Origin: Candidatus Saccharimonadota bacterium
GTDB lineage: Bacteria > Bacillota_I > Bacilli_A > Mycoplasmatales > Hepatoplasmataceae
Reading direction: 5' to 3'
Length of the DNA: 32,000 nt
Assembly: GCF_000582535.1 (NCBI RefSeq)
Contig: NZ_CP006932.1
Span: forward strand, 270,001 to 302,000
Shown: positions 1 through 7,199 of the stretch, one piece after another
Position numbering within the stretch: position 1 is the first letter of the stretch
Layout of the letters: each line of letters starts with the position of its first letter
Notes under the pieces: generated by a model
What the model saw: only the letters and a program-made list of their open reading frames with translations
The model's database searches: none
What the model was told of the DNA's origin: nothing
Position numbers and translations under genes: made by a program

Positions 1-1290
1 AGATTTAGAAATTGAATCAATCGTAGATTTAGAATTTTCGGCAGATGGTAATACAAATGGAGCAATTGTCGATACTAATGGTGATCAAAATGGTGACGCT
101 ATTTATATGTGAGGACAAAATAATAATTATCAAATTGGTGATGGAACAACTACAGATAAATTTTCACCTGTAGAAATTACACCACAAGGTGAAAGCGATT
201 GAGGGGGAGATATAATTAATTTGGAAATCGCTCAATTATTTAGTGGTGCTACCGTTGACACTAATTATGATGGTTATGCCGATACACTTTATTTATGAGG
301 TAGTAATTATCGTGGTGAAATTGGAAATGGAGAAACAAGTGGATCAATTTCAACTCCTCAAATTATTACACCACAAGGTGAAACAAATTGAGATGGTAAT
401 ATCATAGATTTTTCATTGATGTATGCAAATACAGCTGTTTTAATTGATACTGATTATGATGGATATGGTGATTTAATTTATGGTTGAGGTGAAAATATTA
501 ATTATGAAATATCACCTAAAGATGATAATACAATTTTATATCCTGAAATAATTGCTCCAGAAGATAATGATTGAGGCGGAAATATTATTGATTTAAAATT
601 AGGTTCTCGATTTGGTGGAGTAACTGTTGATAGTAATTATGATGGTCTTGCAGATATGCTTTATATGTGAGGAGATAATAGTTATGGAGAACTTGGAATA
701 GGTGCATCACCTCAATATTCTCAATATCCTACAATAATTAACCCAGGATCTGGTAGTTGAGGTGGTGATATTATAGATTTTACACTTGGATTTTTTAATT
801 CAGGTTTATTAATAGATACCAATTCAGATGGAATAGGAGATTTAATTTATAGTTGAGGACAAAATAATTATGGTCAACTTGGTGATGGTACAAAAGTAAT
901 TAAATATTCTCCAAAAGTAATTACTCCTAGTTCAGGTGATTGAGGCGGAAATATTCTTCAATTTGAAAAAGGAAGTTATACTTCTAGTGTAATAATAGAT
1001 TCTGATTTAAATGGATCAGGAGATCTACTTTATATGTGAGGACAAAATGGTAATGGTCAATTAGGAGCAGGAACAACAAGCGATATTTCTGTTCCAACAA
1101 TTGTTTACCCTGAAGGTCAATCATCTTGACCCGGACCTATTTATTCATTATCAAATGGATTTAGTAGTACCGGTGTAATTACCGATAATAATAATGATGA
1201 TCTTATTGATAGTTTTTATGCATGTGGAAATGATAACTACGGACAATTAGGAAATGGAAATAGTGATAGCAATATTGATCAATTATATTT
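1..1290 (+). repeat. Seven tandem intragenic repeats of about 183-186 nt that encode the propeller blades
   Basis: The block ..D(T/S)N.DG.(A/G)D.LY.WG.N.YG.LG.G....P..I.P.G...W.G.IID.. recurs. The WG dipeptide recurs at a spacing of 183-189 nt. Confidence 0.85.
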
Positions 1291-3538
1291 TATAGTTATT
1301 TATTCTACAGATTCTGCTTCTATTGCTAGTTTAGATTTTATTTATGATGATAATCAATTATTTATTGATTTAAAATTATATGATTATAGTAATGTAATAA
1401 ATAGTGATCCTACTGTTTTATTAATAGATAATGGAGATACTAATTATACAACAACTTTTATTTCTTCAAATTCAGATATTTCTAATGATCAATATTATTA
1501 TCAGGTGAATGGAATTGAACGAGGAACACACTATTATTTTAATGAAATAATAATTAATGATGTTGCTTCTGCTATTTCAGAAGATATAATAACCGACTAT
1601 ATCATTCCTGATTATTCTATAAAATCAGTAACTGAGCAAACAGCTACAATTGATTTAAATTTGAGCGAAAATAATAATGTAGATTTTAGTGATTATACAA
1701 ATGAAGAATTAAAAGTAAAAGTAAATTATACTGATCTTGACCAAAATGATTCTTATAATCAAGAATTTACACTTAATAGTTTAATATCTAATCAAGATCT
1801 TACAATTAGTAGTTCAGCAGAAGTTGAATTAACTAATTTAAAAGCAGAAACAAATTATCAAATAGATTCAATTCAGTATTTCTATCAAAATGGAAGTTAT
1901 ATATATCAAATTAATCAATCTGCTACAAGATTTCAAACTCAATCTGTTCAACCAGAAATTCAAGGTGCAACAAGTTTAGTAATAGATGAAACAATAACTT
2001 CAAATTCATTTCAATATACAATTGAAATAGATAATCTAATTCCTAATGCTGATAATACTAATTTTACAAATTATGATGTAAATGATGGTTTATGATTAAT
2101 GGATGAAGACGGATACATTTATAAATCAACTTTTATTACAAAAGAATTTTATCAAAATGATAATTATAGTAATGTTTCTGCTGATAATAGTTATGATTAT
2201 ATAATTACTTATGAAGTAAATGGACTAGGTCCAGGTGAATATTTATTTAATGGAATTAGCTTTGAGCAACCATTAAATCCTCTTGATTCTAATATAGTTA
2301 CTTTAAATCCTCCAATGGATGTAATAATACCTGATGATGGATATGTAGATCCAGTAGTTCTTGGTAGTACTTTTGCAGTTTCTAGTGTTGCACCTACATC
2401 ATTTCAATATAGAATTAGTTTAGATGACTTAATGTTAACAGGAAGCGTTGGTAGCGAACCAGAATTTGCTAATTTTGATCAAGCGGACGGACTTTATTTA
2501 AAAGATAGCAATCAAAATACTTATCATTCAGAATATGTACCAAAAACTGCTGTTTATCAAGGTAGTGGAACATCTGTTGGATCAGAAAGATACCAATTTA
2601 CTTTTGAAGTAAGTGATTTAGTACCAGATACTGATTATGAATTTGATTCTATAAGTCCTAACCAAAATGGACCATTTACACCTATAGAAAATGGAGAAGT
2701 TCATACAGATGCATCTAGTAGTGATTGCGATTGTCCTTGCTGATTATGATGACTTATGTTATTACTATTATTATTAATTTTAATTTTAGTAATCATAATA
2801 TTAATACAAGGTGATTCTAGTAAAGAAAAAAGTAAAAAGAAAGAAAAAATAACAAAAGAAGAAAAGGTTAATAAAAAAGAAGATAAAGCAAATGATGAAG
2901 ATAAAATAAAAGAAGAAGAAAAAAACTTAACAATTTATAATATTGAACAAAATCAACCTAAAAAAGAAGGTGGTTCTGAAAATTCTGAATTAATAGATAA
3001 ATTAACAACAGAAATTTTAGAATTATCTGAAAAGGTAGATGATTTAAATAATAAAAATAAACCAGTAGAAAAAGAAAAAACAAAAGCAAAATCAAGTAAA
3101 AAAAGAAAAAGTAAAAAAACAAAAGCAAAAACAGAAAAACCTGATGATACAAATAAATTAACTGAAGAAATTTCAGAATTATCAAAAATTGTAAGAAAAA
3201 TAGATGAAGAGAATAGAGATATTAAAATTAATATTGAAGAAATTCATAATTCAGGAAATAATAATACTTCACAAAATAAAAAGAAAAAAGCAAAAAAACC
3301 TAATAAAACAGAACAATTAACTGAGGAAGTATTAGAATTATCAAAAATTGTAAAAAAATTACATAATTCAGGAAATAATAATAATAATAAACCTGTTTCT
3401 AAAAAATCAAGAAAAAATAATGAAACAAAAAAAATATCATCAGAAATTTCAGAATTATCAAAAATTGTAAAAGAAATTAATAAAGAAAATAAAGATATTA
3501 AAAAAGATATCAAAGAAATTAATAAAAAAAAAAAGTAA
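1..3538 (+). CDS. Large surface-anchored protein, 5' end cut by the window edge (roughly 30 codons missing). It has a seven-blade RCC1-like beta-propeller, four Fn3/Ig-like modules, a single C-terminal TM helix and a ~260-aa Lys/Glu-rich cytoplasmic tail.
   Basis: The frame starting at nt 2 is open to TAA 3536-3538 once TGA is read as Trp. Track ORFs 1505..2095, 2099..2743 and 2756..3538 are all in this frame and are separated only by TGA codons. Seven blades carry (Y/L)(M/L/G/S)WG.N.YG(Q/E)(L/I)G.G, with the WG at about nt 104, 291, 480, 663, 850, 1033 and 1220. L..(E/D)T.Y.(I/F)DSI tyrosine-corner-like motifs occur at about 1840-1880 and 2620-2660. The hydrophobic stretch WLWWLMLLLLLLILILVIIILIQ lies at 2741-2809. 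The protein is colinear with the minus-strand paralog 8663..11551. Confidence 0.85.
2995..3470 (+). repeat. Four copies of an amphipathic L(T/S)(T/E)E(I/V)(L/S)ELS(K/E)(I/K)V motif in the cytoplasmic tail
   Basis: The near-identical nucleotide block gaattatcaaaaattgta ends at about 3192, 3351 and 3469. A diverged copy, gaattatctgaaaaggta, lies at about 3020-3037. The peptides are KLTTEILELSEKV, KLTEEISELSKIV, QLTEEVLELSKIV and KISSEISELSKIV. Confidence 0.8.
3524..3534 (+). repeat. A11 homopolymer that forms an A_AAA_AAG slippery heptamer directly in front of the TAA stop
   Basis: The sequence aat aaa aaa aaa aag taa spans 3521-3538. The -1 frame reads gta att cct aaa aag ... and stays open to TAA 3673-3675. 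Confidence 0.9.
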
Positions 3539-3676
3539 TTCCTAAAAAGAAAACAATTCAAAAGAAAAAAAGAAATAGAAATAATAATAAAAAAAATCAA
3601 AAAGATTTAGAAATGATTACTATAGAAGAAACAGAATATGTAGAAATTAAAAATAATTCTAAAAAAGATAAATAAA

Positions 3677-4447
3677 ATGGTAAAAATAATAAACAAAAAA
3701 AAATCAAAAAATACTTTTGTTATTGATGGTCTTATTAATAGTAATGAAAAAATTTCAAAAATAATTAAAAAAGCAAAAAAAAAGAATATAAAATCTGTTT
3801 CTCTTCTTATTAATTATGATCAAGAAAAAGCAACCAATAAGAAGAAAAAAGTAATAAGAAGAAAAAATAATAAAAAACAACAAAATAATAAAAATTTACA
3901 AATAAAAAATATTGCTTATAATCAAGAAAAAGAAATTAATAAAGAATTAAAACTTCTTCCTGCAAATGCTTCTATTTCTAAAGAAAAAGAAAACACAAAT
4001 AAGAATTCTTTTGATAAAAATATTAAAAAGGAAATTAATCCTTTAAAACAAAACGAAGAAATAATAAATAGTAATAAAACAATTGGAGAAATAATTGAAC
4101 AAGCAGATAAAAATAACGTAAAATCTATTTCAATTACTATTAATTATCAAAAAGTAAACAAAAAAAGAAAAAGAAAACATTATAATAATTCAAATAATAA
4201 TAATCCAAAAAATAATCAAGATAATAAAGATAAAAAAATAGATCAGAGTATAAATAATAAAGCTGAAAATCAAGAAAAAGAATCAATATCAAATAATCAA
4301 GATGTTCCTAAAATAGAAGAAGAAAATATCGAAATTAAAGATTTAAATACAGAAGAATTAAGAATTTTTAAAATCAGAAAATCAAAATATGTAAAAATCT
4401 CTAATCCTAATAAATATTTTTCATCTGATAAAAATAGAAAAAAGTAG
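3677..4447 (+). CDS. Highly basic Lys/Asn-rich protein (256 aa) with an internal duplication; function unknown
   Basis: This is an intact ATG..TAG ORF with no TGA. The duplicated segment is INSNEKISKIIKKAKKKNIKSVSLLINY versus INSNKTIGEIIEQADKNNVKSISITINY. The protein contains KKRKRKH and no hydrophobic segment. It is followed by a strong hairpin terminator. Confidence 0.6.
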   Translation: MVKIINKKKSKNTFVIDGLINSNEKISKIIKKAKKKNIKSVSLLINYDQEKATNKKKKVIRRKNNKKQQNNKNLQIKNIAYNQEKEINKELKLLPANASISKEKENTNKNSFDKNIKKEINPLKQNEEIINSNKTIGEIIEQADKNNVKSISITINYQKVNKKRKRKHYNNSNNNNPKNNQDNKDKKIDQSINNKAENQEKESISNNQDVPKIEEENIEIKDLNTEELRIFKIRKSKYVKISNPNKYFSSDKNRKK

Positions 4448-4454
4448 GAAATTA

Positions 4455-4497
4455 AACAATAAAAAAAAGACAATTAATTTGTCTTTTTTTTATTGTT
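4455..4497. terminator. Bidirectional rho-independent terminator between two convergent genes
   Basis: A perfect 19-bp inverted repeat: aacaataaaaaaaagacaa (4455-4473), loop ttaat, ttgtcttttttttattgtt (4479-4497). U-runs are present on both strands. It lies between the stop at 4447 (+) and the stop at 4504 (-). Confidence 0.8.
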
Positions 4498-4503
4498 AGA
4501 AGA

Positions 4504-4893
4504 TTATTTCATTGCTTTTTTATCTTCGATTTTGCAGTTTTCACCTTCACATTTTTCTAAATGTTTTTGAAAGTGTTTTTTAAGATCTTCTTTGCATTCT
4601 TTGCATTCATTTCCACAATGTTTTTGATTGCATTCTTTGCATTTTTTACATTTATCTTTGCAATTTGATAATTTGCATTCTTTGCATTCCTTGCATTTAT
4701 CACAATTGCATTTTTCTCCATGATCTTTACATTTGCTGCATTTATTATTACAACTATTTATAATACATTCTTTGCATTCCTTGCATTCATCATTACAATT
4801 TTTATCTTTGCATTCCTTGCATTTTTTACAAGCTTCGCTTTCAAAATGCTTATCTTCATCTTTATTTTTAGTTTTTTTTCAAAAATTAAACAT
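4504..4893 (-). CDS. Cysteine-rich, lysine-rich small protein (129 aa, 24 Cys); candidate metallothionein-like or Csp-like metal-binding protein
   Basis: Absent from the supplied track because codon 5 is TGA (Trp). Hand translation: MFNFWKKTKNKDEDKHFESEACKKCKECKDKNCNDECKECKECIINSCNNKCSKCKDHGEKCNCDKCKECKECKLSNCKDKCKKCKECNQKHCGNECKECKEDLKKHFQKHLEKCEGENCKIEDKKAMK, ending in a stop. The length is 390 nt, exactly 130 codons. An AGGA lies at 4903-4906 (minus sense) upstream of the ATG at 4893-4891. The gene ends at the bidirectional terminator. There is no signal peptide or TM segment. Confidence 0.75.
4590..4827 (-). repeat. Dispersed direct repeats of TTTGCATTC(C/T)TTGCAT (plus strand), encoding CKECKEC modules
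   Basis: Copies lie at about 4590-4608, 4628-4647, 4672-4698, 4767-4789 and 4806-4827. All are inside the Cys-rich CDS. Confidence 0.85.
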
Positions 4894-4976
4894 ATTTTAT
4901 ATTCCTTTTTATTATATTAAATGTTAATTAAATTATATTTTATATATCAATTAAATAAAAATATAATAATTTTTAT
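4894..4976 (-). promoter_or_regulatory. Intergenic region with candidate promoter elements for the Cys-rich gene
   Basis: This 83-nt gap follows the SDR stop. Minus-sense TATAAT matches lie at 4932-4937 and 4911-4916, and the AGGA RBS lies at 4903-4906. TATAAT matches are common by chance in DNA this AT-rich. Confidence 0.3.
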
Positions 4977-5738
4977 TTAATGAATTTTAAAATAATTATT
5001 TAATAAATGTATTTTATCTTCTTTTGAATCTACTATTCCAATTGTATAATCACTTTCATAAAGCTTAAAGAAAAAATCAATAAGTTTTTCAATAGATTTC
5101 TGTTTATTTTTTTTATTTATAATTAATTTATTTTTTTCTTTTTGTGAAATATTTGCATAATTTAACATTTCTTCTAATGATTCACTCTCTGTAGAAGAAG
5201 GAGCTAATACTTGTACTTTTAATTTGTAATTTTTATTTTCAAGATTTTTTGCTATTCCTTCGCTAAAAGTAGAGACAAAAAATTTACTGCTCGAATAAAT
5301 TATTTCATCTAGTAAAATTTCAAATCCTACAGTAGAAGAGATATTTATTAATTTCTTATTTTTATTTAAATTATCTTTTATAAACATAATTGAAAGTAAA
5401 GTTAATGCTTTAATATTAAGATCAATTAAATTTGCAATTCTTTTAATATTAGAATTTCAAGGATCATTGTGTTCACCAATTCCAGCATTATTAATAAATG
5501 TTTTGATATTATATTTTTTAATTGTTTCATAAAATTTAATTACATTATCTTCGATTGATAAATCATAAATAAAAACTAATACTTTTATTTTATATTTACT
5601 CTCTAATTCTTTTTGAAGATTTTCTAACAATTCTTTTCTTCTTGCAACAATAATTAAGTTTTCTTTTCTTTCTGCAAATGATTTTGCAAGTCCTTTTCCA
5701 ATTCCTGAACTTGCACCTGTAATTAATATATATTCCAT
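4977..5738 (-). CDS. Short-chain dehydrogenase/reductase (classical SDR), 253 aa
   Basis: Track ORFs 5457..5738 and 4977..5387 join in frame through TGA 5457-5459. The motifs are TGASSGIG (TGxxxGxG), NNAGIG and YSSSK (YxxxK). The length is 762 nt, 254 codons. Confidence 0.85.
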
Positions 5739-5759
5739 AATGTTTCTCTTTTTATATAT

Positions 5760-6338
5760 TTAAAATTTTAATATTTCATTGATTTCTTTTTCTAATTTAT
5801 TATCAATTTTTTCTTTGCTGTCAACATTTAATGGATTTTTAAATAATATATTATCAATTTCATTCGTATTTTTATAAAATATTTTTGTTTTTTCAATTTC
5901 TGGTTTAATTTTTTTTATAATTTGATTTACTGAATTTAATATTTTATTATCAATTTTTTCTTTGCTGTCAACATTTAATCGATTTTCAGATAATATATTA
6001 ACCTTTTCATTCGTATTTTCAGCAAGTTCTTTTGTTTTTTTTATAATTTGATTTACTGAATTTAATATTTTATTTATATTTTCTGTTTGCTCAGTATTAT
6101 ATTCAAGATCTGTTTTTGAATCTTTTGCAATTATAATTGCAATTGAAAATGATAATAAAGCAATAATTGAAGAAAAGAAAAATTCAATTCAAACAATCCA
6201 ATCATTATTTGTAGAAGGAATAAATTTTGTTAAAGATAAAAAGAATATAATAAATCAAATTACTATAATTGTTCAAAATCACCATTTTGAAATAAGTCAT
6301 TTTATATTATTTAAAAAATTATTCTTATTTTTTTTCAT
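5760..6338 (-). CDS. Membrane protein with two TM helices and a C-terminal tandemly duplicated coiled-coil-like segment (192 aa)
   Basis: Invisible in the track because it has six in-frame TGA codons among its first ~50 codons. The translation begins MKKNKNNFLNNIKWLISKWWFWTIIVIWFIIFFLSLTKFIPSTNNDWIVWIEFFFSSIIALLSFSIAIIIAKDSKTD. It then carries two copies of ILNSVNQIIKK...NTNE..NIL..N.LNVDSKEKIDNK. The length is 579 nt, 193 codons. Its ATG lies 1 nt after the upstream gene's stop. Confidence 0.65.
5798..6075 (-). repeat. Intragenic tandem duplication of about 147 nt (49 codons)
   Basis: The block atcaattttttctttgctgtcaacatttaat occurs at about 5802 and 5949. The block tttttttataatttgatttactgaatttaatatttt occurs at about 5912 and 6038. 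Confidence 0.85.
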
Positions 6339-6339
6339 T

Positions 6340-7128
6340 TTAATATTCTAATGATTTTGCAAAAAAAGGTCTATTTTTTTCAAAAAAATCAATTATTTCT
6401 TCTGTAGGGATTTTTGCATAATAAATATTTGGATTATAATTTTTTTTTCATGGATTAGTTTTGTGACTTTCTTTTACTAATTGTAATGTTGAAAATTCTC
6501 TTAATAAAAAGTAAGCAATTTCAAAAATAATTAATTTATTTTCTTCAATTTTAAAAAATAAATTATCATCATCTAATCCAGTACGATAAATGTTTTTTAA
6601 AATTGGGCCATTTTCAAAAGCACATCATTCAATTGGTTTATTTTTATCAAATTTTGCAAAAAATAAATTAAATATCTCTTGATTATTTTTTCATAATTTA
6701 ATTGATTTATTTAAATTAATTGCAAAAGCATTCATGAAATAAAGAATTTTATGTTTTCGCATTTTATTATAATTTTTGTTTGTTAATGTACTTAAATAAT
6801 CTTTGATGAAATTAATTGTGTCATCAACTTTTAAAATTTCTTTATTTTTCTTTTCAATTTCTCCTCTTTTGCTTATATCCATCTCTTTTTTTATTTCATT
6901 TCTTATTTCTTCAATATTATTTTCTTCAGAAAATTTTTTGGAAAGTCCACTAAATTCATCGTCATCATATTTTTCAAAATTAACTTTAGAATCTAAATAA
7001 GTTTTAAGTAAATTTATTTCATTTTGATTTGTTTTTTGATCTTTTGAATTATTTTTTATATAATATTCTTTCAATCTATTAAATTCTATTTTTCTTATTC
7101 AAGTAAAAAATTCCATTTCAATTTCCAT
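6340..7128 (-). CDS. Protein with a C-terminal DUF4065/Panacea-like (SocA/GepA-type) domain and an acidic N-terminal extension (262 aa)
   Basis: Track ORF 6691..7074 starts at an internal TTG. The frame extends upstream through one TGA to ATG 7128-7126 and downstream through three TGA codons to TAA 6342-6340. The segment KHKILYFMNAFAINL...LFFAKFDKNKPIEWCAFENGPILKNIY resembles the DUF4065 core (KL.KLLY...F.....eAW.yGPV...vY). The domain call rests on recalled consensus, not on a search. Confidence 0.55.
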
Positions 7129-7199
7129 GTTCAATACCTTATTATTTTTATTAACAACTTATATAAGAATTTTATATTTTCTTATAATATTTAATATAA

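Noticed and set aside
2958-3600. Minus-strand track ORFs 2958..3185 and 3244..3600
   Set aside because: They are antisense shadows of the Lys/Glu-rich tail, where AAA/GAA read as TTT/TTC. They lie fully inside a well-supported plus-strand CDS.
4590-4827. A CRISPR-like or regulatory repeat array formed by the TTGCATTC repeats
   Set aside because: The repeats are short, irregularly spaced and all in one coding frame that specifies CKEC modules. There is no spacer structure, no leader and no cas genes.
4504-4893. Reading the C-x3-C-x2-C and C-x2-C-x2-C patterns as radical-SAM or ferredoxin 4Fe-4S motifs, or as a RiPP precursor
   Set aside because: The protein is far too small and too repetitive for a radical-SAM fold. 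It lacks the CP/Gly-rich context of ferredoxins. No maturase, radical-SAM or transporter gene is adjacent. Fe-S binding by the Cys arrays cannot be formally excluded.
4720-4927. Two overlapping plus-strand track ORFs (4720..4920 and 4733..4927) encoding Phe/Leu/Ile-rich peptides
   Set aside because: They are antisense shadows of the minus-strand Cys-rich gene, where GCA/TTT/CTT are complements of TGC/AAA/AAG. They have no RBS. They run into the convergent terminator region from the wrong side, and their composition is pure low complexity.
5760-6338. Assigning the 2-TM protein to the low-affinity iron permease (Fet4-like) or DUF1003 families, which would have fitted a metal theme
   Set aside because: Only the general topology matches my memory of those families (W-rich TM1, a short loop, TM2, then a polar tail). 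I cannot align conserved residues convincingly without a search.
7129-7199. The 10-bp palindrome cttatataag and TATAAT-like strings between gapN and the Panacea-like gene, as an operator or promoter
   Set aside because: Short A/T palindromes and TATAAT matches are expected by chance at this base composition, and nothing distinguishes this one.
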